From a virus: DNA of 64,000 nt. The stretch covers positions 14,301 to 78,300 of IMG/VR virus record IMGVR_UViG_3300018476_000013. The stretch is one strand, 5' to 3'. A model generated the notes under the pieces. The model was given only the letters and a program-made list of their open reading frames with translations. It was not told where the DNA came from and searched no databases. Position numbers and translations under genes: made by a program. Of this stretch, positions 16,706 to 24,804 are shown in pieces; within the stretch, counting starts at the first letter, position 1; every line of letters begins with the position of its first letter.

Positions 16706-17547
16706 AATACCTCGGCGAATATCTGTCTTTCAAACCTGTTGCCAGATTGATCGAAGGCCAGATCAAGGAAGCACCCCCTGTCCGCACAGAACGCTGGCAG
16801 GGGGTGGCGCATAACCAGGACACGCGTGAACTGCTGAACGCCTCATTCATGGTGGATCTGCAGTGCATCGAGGATCTGGATCATTGGCGGAAGGACATCA
16901 AGACCAATCTGCCTTGGGCTGATGACCACTTCATGGAGCGGATCGGCGGCCAGCCATTGAACCCTGGTGTTCAGTGGGCGAACTGGCCGTGGTCCCGGTC
17001 AGCAGCCAACTTCAAGCAGGACAGGTTCAATCATACCTACATGGAAAGGCTCTGGCCCAAGTTTGCCCGCCGGACTGCTGATGGCCGGTTGCCGATGGGC
17101 AAGGGTGCAAGGAAGTATCCGCAGACAGACAACCGGCCAAAGCTGGGGGTCGGCTGGGCTTATGGGGACTTGCTGGATCTGGTGGAGTTGCTGGTCAAAG
17201 AACCCCACACTCGCCAGGGATGGATACCGCTGTTCTTCCCTGAAGATACGGGCATCGGGGATGGCGGCCGCAAGCCCTGCACCCTTGGCTATCAGATCAT
17301 TGTCCGTGATGGCAGAGCCCATATCTATTATCCCCTGCGGTCATGTGACTTCATCCGGCACTGGGCAGATGATTGCTACTTGGCTGTGCGCCTGTTGCTG
17401 TGGGTCATCGATGAATGCCGCAAGAGGTCGGAGTTCTGGAAGAACATCGCACCAGGCACTTATTCGATGCACATGACTTCTCTTCACATCTTTGAAACGG
17501 ATCTTAAGACCAATGAGCAAGCCGAGGCCACCGCAACAAGTATTTGA
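16702..17547 (+). CDS. thymidylate synthase-family protein, dCMP-type (hydroxy)methylase candidate
   Basis: KPCT catalytic Cys, RSCDFIRHWADD (Asp at the ThyA Asn177 position), SLHIF. Confidence 0.85.
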   Translation: MKYLGEYLSFKPVARLIEGQIKEAPPVRTERWQGVAHNQDTRELLNASFMVDLQCIEDLDHWRKDIKTNLPWADDHFMERIGGQPLNPGVQWANWPWSRSAANFKQDRFNHTYMERLWPKFARRTADGRLPMGKGARKYPQTDNRPKLGVGWAYGDLLDLVELLVKEPHTRQGWIPLFFPEDTGIGDGGRKPCTLGYQIIVRDGRAHIYYPLRSCDFIRHWADDCYLAVRLLLWVIDECRKRSEFWKNIAPGTYSMHMTSLHIFETDLKTNEQAEATATSI

Positions 17548-17636
17548 TGACATGCTGAAGAGCATCCTGGCCGTTGAAGAAAAACTGAAGCAGGAACAAT
17601 CTTCGCTACAAGCATTAGCTCGAAAGGTAAGGGACC

Positions 17637-17909
17637 ATGAAGCAAAAGGAACTTGAGGAGGCAGAGCGGATCATCCGCGAACTGCTGAACGATCACAGGA
17701 TCAACCGGCATCTGCTGAACTGGTATCAGAACGCTGTCAGTGATGGTATGCTGACGGCGGATCAATTCGAAACATTGAAGAAGATGGCTCGGTACAAGCC
17801 ACCGCCGCAGAAGTCCCCCGCCATGATGCGGGCCAGCCGGGTATCCAAGCGGCCAATTACGTTGGCGCCAATCAAAACTATCAAAGGGAAATTCCATGTC
17901 GATCACTGA
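17637..17909 (+). CDS. hypothetical protein
   Basis: RBS AAGGGA. Confidence 0.55.
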   Translation: MKQKELEEAERIIRELLNDHRINRHLLNWYQNAVSDGMLTADQFETLKKMARYKPPPQKSPAMMRASRVSKRPITLAPIKTIKGKFHVDH

Positions 17910-18972
17910 TGCAATCCACCAATTCGGCCGGCAGATGGGCCGGGTCTTTCCTGATAGGTCAAAAACAGTTGGTGCAAGTGAAATCGGTTTGTGCGCCCGC
18001 CGGATACACTGGCAGAAAACGGCACAGCCCAAAGACGCTGCCATGACCCGTGCCAAGAAGCAAGGGGACATGAGAGGAGCCACGCAGGCACCAGAGAACT
18101 GGGGTGCCCATGTCCGTGGCACCACCATGGAGCAGATGCTGTGGGAGCCCGCCATGCGGGCCAAGTTTGGCGCCTCGTTGAAGATGGCCGGCAAGGACCA
18201 GAAGACCCTGGTGGTCGGAGATCTATCCGCCACACCAGATGGCTTGGTGGCCGGCAAGGGTGGTGAGCTCCTGAAGTATCACGGCATCAAGTACAAGGGC
18301 GATGTCGTGGTAGAGTCTAAGACCATCGATCCCCGAGTGAATTTGTTGGAAGAGAAAAGCGAGAATGCATTCCAGGTCCAAGTGCAGATGGGGATCATCC
18401 GCGAACTGACCAAGTACAAGCCCGAGTATGCAGTGATCAGTTATATCGATGCATCGTTCTGGCATGATGTCACCGAGTTTGTCGTCCAATTCAAACCGGA
18501 AGCGTATGAGTCTGCCAAGGTCCGGGCATCCAAGATCTTGAAGGCAGACGCAGCGGACTTGAAGCCCGAGGGATGGATCAAGGGCGGCAAGGAATGCAAC
18601 TGGTGTGCGTGGTCGCGTCGTTGCAATGAAATGCGTGGGACCGTGCCAGAGGAAATCAAAGAAATAAATCCGCAAGTCATGGCTGAACTGTCTGACCTGT
18701 GCAGGCAGGCATTGGAGATCCAGCAGCAACAGAATGCAGATGGTGAAGCATACCGGACCCTGCAGGATCAGATCCGGAGCCGGTTGCAAGAGTTAGGCAC
18801 CAAGAAAATTCCGGGCATGGTGTCGTGGAATGGTGTTAAGGGCCGCGTGTCCTGGGACACCAAGGCCATGCTGGAAGAATTGGCAAAGCGGGGAGTGGAC
18901 ACTACTGTCTTCCAGTCCGTCGGCGAGCCAACGACACAATTGGTGATCGATAAGAAGATCATGGTCAAATAG
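17896..18972 (+). CDS. Cas4-like / PD-(D/E)XK exonuclease
   Basis: ASEIGLCARR, ATPDG, VESKT, QVQVQM, CNWC..C (1+3 Cys Fe-S pattern). Confidence 0.82.
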   Translation: MSITDAIHQFGRQMGRVFPDRSKTVGASEIGLCARRIHWQKTAQPKDAAMTRAKKQGDMRGATQAPENWGAHVRGTTMEQMLWEPAMRAKFGASLKMAGKDQKTLVVGDLSATPDGLVAGKGGELLKYHGIKYKGDVVVESKTIDPRVNLLEEKSENAFQVQVQMGIIRELTKYKPEYAVISYIDASFWHDVTEFVVQFKPEAYESAKVRASKILKADAADLKPEGWIKGGKECNWCAWSRRCNEMRGTVPEEIKEINPQVMAELSDLCRQALEIQQQQNADGEAYRTLQDQIRSRLQELGTKKIPGMVSWNGVKGRVSWDTKAMLEELAKRGVDTTVFQSVGEPTTQLVIDKKIMVK

Positions 18973-19144
18973 TAGCATGATCTAAATCAACGGACTGGTG
19001 AACATTCTCTTTTTTGTGTCCTAAGACATTAAGAGATTTTTCCTGCCTCAGTTTTGTGTTTTAGTCTGATGCCCGCTTCGTTGAACAAGTTTTGACTGAA
19101 GTGGGAAATGTGAACTGTGAATTGTGAACAAGGAAACAGAGACA

Positions 19145-19858
19145 ATGGCTAGAGAAGTAGTGAAGAAAGAAGCGGCGGCTCCCGTTGCTAACCTGCAGAA
19201 GAATTTCTTCGAGCAGTATGGTGAACAGGTCGCCTCGAGTACCTCGATCGTCGGATCGCTTTTGAAATTCAGCAAAGGCGATTGGCTGTTGGGGCAGGAC
19301 GAAACTGAAATTCCCACCGGCACGAAATACGTTGCGTCGATGGATAACTTGTTGGTCGGTTGGACTAAGTGGTCGAACAACAAGCCCGTCGATGAAGTCA
19401 TGGGTCTCGTATGTCAGGGCTGGTCGGCCCCGAAGCGTGATACCCTTGGCGATACGGATCAGAGCCAGTGGGAAATGGATGCTCAGGGGAAGCTTCGCGA
19501 TCCGTGGGTGTTCAACAATCGAATTCTGTTCAAGCCGGTTGGCAAGAAGTATTCGACTGATGTGGCGATCACTTTCATCACCAACAGCCGTGGCGGCCTG
19601 AATGCCATGGGTGATCTGTCAAAGGCCTACGGTAAGGAGATGGCGTCCCACGAGGGTCAGAACCCGATCATCCAGATCGGCACTGACTCTTATCTTCACC
19701 CCAACAAGGAGTTTGGTCGGATCAAGATCCCCCTGATCACTCTCGTTGGATGGGAAAAATCTTCGTTGTTTGATACGACTCCGGTCGATGACGACGATGA
19801 TGGTGGTGTTGAACAGGTCGTCGAGACGAAGAAGAAAGCGAATGGTCGCCGTCGGTAA
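19145..19858 (+). CDS. single-stranded DNA-binding protein (putative)
   Basis: Position between exonuclease and primase; LLKFSKGDW, RDPW; acidic DDDDD tail. Confidence 0.7.
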   Translation: MAREVVKKEAAAPVANLQKNFFEQYGEQVASSTSIVGSLLKFSKGDWLLGQDETEIPTGTKYVASMDNLLVGWTKWSNNKPVDEVMGLVCQGWSAPKRDTLGDTDQSQWEMDAQGKLRDPWVFNNRILFKPVGKKYSTDVAITFITNSRGGLNAMGDLSKAYGKEMASHEGQNPIIQIGTDSYLHPNKEFGRIKIPLITLVGWEKSSLFDTTPVDDDDDGGVEQVVETKKKANGRRR

Positions 19859-19889
19859 CTGACCCCCACTTACCACGGTTGATCTGGTG

Positions 19890-19918
19890 AGGGAGTGTCC
19901 TGTGAAGGGGCACTCCCT
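19890..19918 (+). terminator. stem-loop, probable terminator after SSB
   Basis: AGGGAGTGTCC / GGGCACTCCCT stem; weak U tract. Confidence 0.5.
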
Positions 19919-19947
19919 TACTTGTCACCTCAATTGGAGAACTAGAA

Positions 19948-20205
19948 ATGCACAGCTTTATTAGAAATGAGGATGGGACTTTCAGTATTGGAGTGTGGCT
20001 GAGTTTCAAAGATGAAGGACCTCAATTCTTCCCTATGTTTGATGTGGGGAGTTCGGGGGAGGCTATGAAGGCCATAACTTCTTTGAATGGAGGCGGGACA
20101 GCCTATTATCCTGGACAATCTTATAACTATAGGATCACGAAAGGAAATTGGGTTGTCCCTCAAGGGCGTGATCCTAATGAACAAAAAGAAACCTCAGTGC
20201 AGTGA
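19948..20205 (+). CDS. hypothetical protein
   Basis: RBS GGAG. Confidence 0.55.
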   Translation: MHSFIRNEDGTFSIGVWLSFKDEGPQFFPMFDVGSSGEAMKAITSLNGGGTAYYPGQSYNYRITKGNWVVPQGRDPNEQKETSVQ

Positions 20206-20263
20206 AGCACTGAGGTAAACTTCCTCCAACGTGGTTAGCGCCACATCAGAAAGCCAGGATAGC

Positions 20264-22720
20264 ATGGTCAATAAGCCAAAAAAGAATTTTCGTAAACCCC
20301 TGGAAGATGACAAGCCGACAGGTAAGATCGGAGATGTTAGCTCAACAGATCCCGATGTAGCAGTTGCTATAACTGCTTTCGAATGGGCGGTGAAGTACGC
20401 CACGGAAATGGGTTGGCGGATTTTCCCCGTGCCGCCGGGATCAAAGAAATCCTACAAAGCAGCCAAGAATTCAGGTGGTCGCAATTGGGGAATGACTGAT
20501 GAGCCCAATGAGATCAAGAAAGATTTCCGTAAGTGGCCCAATGCCGGGATTGGTCTGCCGACAGGCGAGGTCAACGGCATCTTCGTCCTTGAGGTGGATA
20601 CTGTTGAAGGCCATGGGGTGGATGGTCCCTTTGAGCTGAAGAAACTGGAAAGGAAGAACAGCAAGCTGCCGAAGACCCTGATGGGTGAGTCTCCCACGGG
20701 GTCAGTTCACCGGTTCTACAAGTGGCCAGGATCATATGTGGTCAGTTCGGATAGCCGCTTGGCCCGAGGGGTGGATATCAAAGGCGATGGCGGCATGGTG
20801 GTCGCGCCACCCAGCAAGACCAGCAAGGGTCTTTACCGGTGGATCAATTGGGGTCATCCCATTGCTGAGGCGCCTCAGTGGTTGCTGGATCTGGTCGCCC
20901 GTCCCCAGCGGACAAGCAATAACAACAGCACCAGCAATCCATTCCTGAATAACAACCATCAGCCGCCAGTCGAAGAGGACAAGTTGCGGCACATGCTGTC
21001 GTTGCTGCCCAATGAGGACAGCATGGCTGCTGATGAGCCTGAAGGCCTGTGGGGGTTCTGGAATAAAGTAGCCATGATCATCTGGACCGAAACGCATGGG
21101 GCTGAGGAAGGCCGGGAGTTGTTTCGGGAATGGTCAAAGAAGAACCCAAAGCATACGGACAAAGGCACCGACAAGAAATGGGAATTGCTGGACTCGTGCC
21201 CGCCTGACCATATCACCATTGGGTCGTTGTTTCACTTGGTCGAAAAAGTAGCTCCCGGTTGGCAACGGCAATGGGGCAATGACAAGACACGGGCAACCTG
21301 GGACAGCATTGAAGAACGGCGGGCAGCACAGATCCGGGGCAATGTGGAGATCGGGGAAGAGATCCTCGAGCCGACCCTGCCATTGATCATGACCTTGAAG
21401 GAAATGGAAGAGCGGCTGGTCTGGGTGGGTTCAGGACCTGGGGCAGTGGTGGATCGGATCACAGGGCGGATCAGGAAGAAGGAAACGGCCTCCACTGAAT
21501 ACGCTGCCTCGACCTACAAGATTGGGACCGGGAAAAAGGAAAAAGAAATACCGGCCCTCAAGATCTGGTTTGCTATGCCCGAGCGGACGTCCGTGGATAC
21601 GATTGCATGGGTGCCTGGGGAGGATCAGATTTGCGCGCCACCCGAGGCCCTGGAGGGCACTAAGACGGCATTCAATACCTGGCAAGGCTTGCATCCAATG
21701 CCTGTGCCAGATGATTGGGAGCGGATGGCTCAGCCGTTCCTAGATCATGTGGCTTATTTGGTCCCTGATGAGATCCAGCGGCGGCGGTTCATTCAATGGC
21801 TGGCGCACATCGTTCAGCACCCCGAGGTGTTGCCGCATACGTCTTATCTGATGGTCACACCAACCACGGGCGTGGGGCGGAATTTGTTGGCGTCCATCCT
21901 GGTGCGGGTGCTCAAAGGCCATGTGGCTGTCGGCGTGTCATTGCCTGATCTGCTGGAGGGCAAAGGGTTCAATGGTCGGCTGTCTCGGAAGCTGCTTTGT
22001 ATCGTGGATGAAGCCCGTGAAGGTCCGAACAGCCAGCGGTATCAACGGGAGAACCGCCTGCGGTCGTTGATCACGGAAGAACACCGGTTGATCAATCCCA
22101 AGTATGGCCTGCAATCGATTGAGAAGAATTGCTGTCGGTGGCTGATGTTCTCGAATTACCTGGACGCGTTGCCATTCAACAATGAGGACCGACGCATTGA
22201 GGTCATCGCGAACCCGAAGGAACGGAAGCCCAATGAATACTATGAGCAGCTGTATGGCATGCTCGAAGATCGGGCGTTCATTGCATCGGTTCGGCAATTG
22301 CTGATGACATGGAATATCTCGGGCTTCAAACCTGGCGAACATGCCACGATGAGTGGGGCCAAGAAAGAAGCATTGTCATTGCTGAAATCTGATGTCGAGC
22401 ATCGGGTGGATGAGTTCAAAGAGGATTGCGAGACCCCGCTGACTTCCCGTTGGGCTATTGAAGAGGCTGTTCGTGAACTGCACCCCAACAGCACGCATTT
22501 GACGCACGCCATCAGCAATGCGGGGATGATCAACACAGGTCGCCGAGTTAGAGATTCGGAAGGCCACCGCTACCGGGTGGTCATTGTCGATAAGGATGCT
22601 TGGTCAGTTGATATGGTGATGAGGGTGGATCATCAGGTTCTGCTCCGTGCCATGGGGATTGAACAGCAGCCACAAGCGACAGGTGGAATTGCTAATGTGC
22701 CCCGTGGAGGTCGTCGATAA
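20264..22720 (+). CDS. bifunctional primase-polymerase / PriCT-2 / SF3-like (DUF5906) helicase
   Basis: GWRIFP, WPNAGIGLPTG, VLEVD, SPTGSVHRFY, DIKGDGGMVVAPPS; C-terminal GVGRN, IVDEA, MFSN, EDRR. Confidence 0.9.
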   Translation: MVNKPKKNFRKPLEDDKPTGKIGDVSSTDPDVAVAITAFEWAVKYATEMGWRIFPVPPGSKKSYKAAKNSGGRNWGMTDEPNEIKKDFRKWPNAGIGLPTGEVNGIFVLEVDTVEGHGVDGPFELKKLERKNSKLPKTLMGESPTGSVHRFYKWPGSYVVSSDSRLARGVDIKGDGGMVVAPPSKTSKGLYRWINWGHPIAEAPQWLLDLVARPQRTSNNNSTSNPFLNNNHQPPVEEDKLRHMLSLLPNEDSMAADEPEGLWGFWNKVAMIIWTETHGAEEGRELFREWSKKNPKHTDKGTDKKWELLDSCPPDHITIGSLFHLVEKVAPGWQRQWGNDKTRATWDSIEERRAAQIRGNVEIGEEILEPTLPLIMTLKEMEERLVWVGSGPGAVVDRITGRIRKKETASTEYAASTYKIGTGKKEKEIPALKIWFAMPERTSVDTIAWVPGEDQICAPPEALEGTKTAFNTWQGLHPMPVPDDWERMAQPFLDHVAYLVPDEIQRRRFIQWLAHIVQHPEVLPHTSYLMVTPTTGVGRNLLASILVRVLKGHVAVGVSLPDLLEGKGFNGRLSRKLLCIVDEAREGPNSQRYQRENRLRSLITEEHRLINPKYGLQSIEKNCCRWLMFSNYLDALPFNNEDRRIEVIANPKERKPNEYYEQLYGMLEDRAFIASVRQLLMTWNISGFKPGEHATMSGAKKEALSLLKSDVEHRVDEFKEDCETPLTSRWAIEEAVRELHPNSTHLTHAISNAGMINTGRRVRDSEGHRYRVVIVDKDAWSVDMVMRVDHQVLLRAMGIEQQPQATGGIANVPRGGRR

Positions 22721-22747
22721 TGGTGCAGAACGGAAACAAACGGTGAA

Positions 22748-22869
22748 CCAGACCCACCAGACCCACCAGACCTCCCATCCTGGAACGCCCCATAAAATAA
22801 CAATATAAACAGAAAAAAATTTTCCCAGCAAAGCGTAGGTGGGAGGTCTGGTGGGTCTGGTGGGTCTGG
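22748..22869. repeat. perfect 30-bp inverted repeat built of CCAGACCCA iterons around an AT-rich spacer (probable replication origin)
   Basis: 22748-22777 CCAGACCCACCAGACCCACCAGACCTCCCA; exact reverse complement at 22840-22869; 62-bp A-rich spacer; directly after the primase-helicase gene. Confidence 0.8.
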
Positions 22870-22901
22870 CGTTTCTGCTCCTGGTCTGCCCCAACCTGCG
22901 G

Positions 22902-23027
22902 TTATCGAGGCCCCAGGCTCAGTTACGGAGGCCCGCTGAACGCGCTACCGGATTGGGGTGGGTGTTGGTGCCCCATGGTGGATGACCACTGCAGGGGCCT
23001 CCGCTGCTGATTTAAGGGCCTCGATAA
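22902..23027. repeat. long imperfect hairpin; left arm repeated at 25009-25070
   Basis: TTATCGAGGCCC / GGGCCTCGATAA and CGGAGGCCC / GGGCCTCCG nested stems. Confidence 0.7.
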
Positions 23028-23074
23028 AAATGACAGTTCCCTTCATTTTTTTGTCTTGAATGATATTTTACCTA

Positions 23075-23103
23075 TTGACCCCCTGAAGGGAAGGGCTTAC
23101 TGG
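23075..23103 (+). promoter_or_regulatory. phage promoter
   Basis: TTGACC-17 nt (contains TGAAGGG)-TACTGG. Confidence 0.65.
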
Positions 23104-23150
23104 TAAGTCCATCGAAACAGAGCAATTCTGCTCCACCGATGAGGCACCAA

Positions 23151-23516
23151 ATGACCTTCGTGATTTACCACATTTCTTCCACCATGCAGATGGGTCCGAC
23201 CGAGCACGGCAAGCCCCATTCCCTCTATGCCAAGTATTACAAGACCCGTGGTGCAGCCCTTCGCACCATGACCAAGTGGAATGAGGCAGCCATTGAGCGG
23301 GATGCCCAGCAGATTGCAGATGGTGCCACCAGTGGATGGGATCGGACCAACGGCATCGGACCTGGCCCCTATGGTGTGGCATCGGCAGAACATTACCATG
23401 CTCGTGTGGTTCGTCAGGTGACCCAGGTGAATTTGCTCTCGGGCAAGGAATACCAGGAAGCCAGCAACACCCCTGGTTATTGCAGCCCAAGTTCAGAAGC
23501 TTATTGGTCAATGTAA
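23151..23516 (+). CDS. hypothetical early protein
   Basis: Ends VNLLSGKEYQEASNTPGYCSPSSEAYWSM; flanked by promoter and terminator. Confidence 0.75.
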   Translation: MTFVIYHISSTMQMGPTEHGKPHSLYAKYYKTRGAALRTMTKWNEAAIERDAQQIADGATSGWDRTNGIGPGPYGVASAEHYHARVVRQVTQVNLLSGKEYQEASNTPGYCSPSSEAYWSM

Positions 23517-23536
23517 ATTCAAAGGAGGTGAAACCC

Positions 23537-23564
23537 AAAGGGCCCGAAAGGGCCCTTTTTTATT
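23537..23564 (+). terminator. intrinsic terminator
   Basis: AAAGGGCCC-GAAA-GGGCCCTTTTTT. Confidence 0.9.
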
Positions 23565-23617
23565 TGAAGGGAACTTGAAGTGAAAGGGTTTACTTACCCG
23601 TATTAAGGGCGTATGGT
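23565..23617 (+). promoter_or_regulatory. phage promoter, TGAAG-repeat class
   Basis: TGAAGGGAACTTGAAGTGAAAGGG-TTTACT-17 nt-TATGGT. Confidence 0.7.
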
Positions 23618-23663
23618 TCTTTGGTCGGACGGGATTGGCCCGCCGCAAATCAGGAATAAGATC

Positions 23664-23885
23664 ATGTCTCTCAGTTCTGTTAGCAAAGTAAAATCCCCCA
23701 GCATTTTCAAGTCGGCCGTCAAGAACCTTGGTGTTTATGTGGATACCACTTGGATGGATGATCAGGAATGTCTGTTCATCCATTTTGATGATGTGACCAA
23801 GGCTCAGGAAAAGAAGATTTCTGAGTTGGCCATCCGTTACAGCATGAAGATCGATATCTCGGACAAGGGTGCCATTTTTTCTTGA
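23664..23885 (+). CDS. hypothetical early protein
   Basis: RBS AGGA; leader shared with the 24232 gene. Confidence 0.65.
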   Translation: MSLSSVSKVKSPSIFKSAVKNLGVYVDTTWMDDQECLFIHFDDVTKAQEKKISELAIRYSMKIDISDKGAIFS

Positions 23886-24067
23886 TCCATTAGCCCAGCC
23901 GGCGGTGGCGCATGTAACACCGGCAGCCTGAGGGGAAGGTCATTGATCGGCAATGGCAGCATCCTTGGCAAGGGCAACTTGGTGGTCGGCTTTGTGGTGG
24001 GGTCTCAATCCAGAGAACCTTCCTGTGGAGTTCGGTACACGTCCTCGCATTCCCTGATCAGGTGATG

Positions 24068-24104
24068 ACCCCTGGCGCCTCACGGCTGCCGGGGGTTTTC
24101 TTTT
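24068..24104 (+). terminator. intrinsic terminator
   Basis: ACCCCTGGC / GCCGGGGGT stem followed by TTTCTTTT. Confidence 0.7.
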
Positions 24105-24134
24105 ATATGGTCACCAAAGTTTTGTGGAAAATTC

Positions 24135-24188
24135 CCTTCAAAAAATGAAGTGAAGGGGTTTACTTACCTGTAGGAATTAGAGTAAGCT
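24135..24188 (+). promoter_or_regulatory. phage promoter, TGAAG-repeat class
   Basis: CCTTCAAAAAATGAAGTGAAGGGG-TTTACT-18 nt-TAAGCT. Confidence 0.7.
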
Positions 24189-24231
24189 CTCTTTGTCGGC
24201 GGCAGGGGCCGCCCAAATCAAGGAGAAGATC

Positions 24232-24564
24232 ATGTCACGGTTTGTTTTGCGGGACTCGGGCTACACCACTTTCAAGAAGATCACCAGCGGCAAGAAATGG
24301 GTCGGTCGCGTTGGCAAGTGTGAGGATGGCAGGTTCTTCGGCAAGATCGGCAGCACATTCATTTATGCGGCCACGGAGCGTGAGGCATTCGATGATGTGG
24401 TCGCCAAGCACCTGGGCTTTGATGGGGTGGAAGACCTGAACGCCCACAACAGCCAGGTTCGGCATTCCAACAAGATCCGTCGGGCAGAGACCCGGGCGGC
24501 ATTCAATCAGATGATGGGTGGCGATTACAAGGCCCTCTTCGATATCCTGGGAAAGGTGAAGTGA
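24232..24564 (+). CDS. hypothetical early protein
   Basis: RBS AAGGAG. Confidence 0.75.
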   Translation: MSRFVLRDSGYTTFKKITSGKKWVGRVGKCEDGRFFGKIGSTFIYAATEREAFDDVVAKHLGFDGVEDLNAHNSQVRHSNKIRRAETRAAFNQMMGGDYKALFDILGKVK

Positions 24565-24566
24565 AC

Positions 24567-24728
24567 ATGTATCGGGTCCATCATTACAATTTCGGCATGG
24601 AGTATCTCTTTGAGACCTACCATGCTGCCAAGGCCTTTGTGCATCGGGCAGGTTTTGAAGCTGCCCTTTGGCATGGGGATCACCGGCTGGCCTCGTTCAG
24701 CCCAATCAGTGGGTGGAAATTACACTGA
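24567..24728 (+). CDS. small hypothetical protein (53 aa, not in ORF track)
   Basis: MYRVHHYNFG..FSPISGWKLH directly after the upstream stop. Confidence 0.55.
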   Translation: MYRVHHYNFGMEYLFETYHAAKAFVHRAGFEAALWHGDHRLASFSPISGWKLH

Positions 24729-24774
24729 GCCCAATGTAAGCTATTGCACCTTGGTCGAATGACATGACCACGCG

Positions 24775-24804
24775 GGGACACCAGAGATGGTGTCCCTTTT
24801 TTTT
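24775..24804 (+). terminator. intrinsic terminator
   Basis: GGGACACCA-GAGA-TGGTGTCCC followed by T8. Confidence 0.9.

Noticed and set aside
17896-18972. Cas4-like gene as part of a CRISPR-Cas system
   Set aside because: No repeat-spacer array or other cas gene is visible; a solo Cas4-like exonuclease next to SSB and primase is normal phage replication/recombination context
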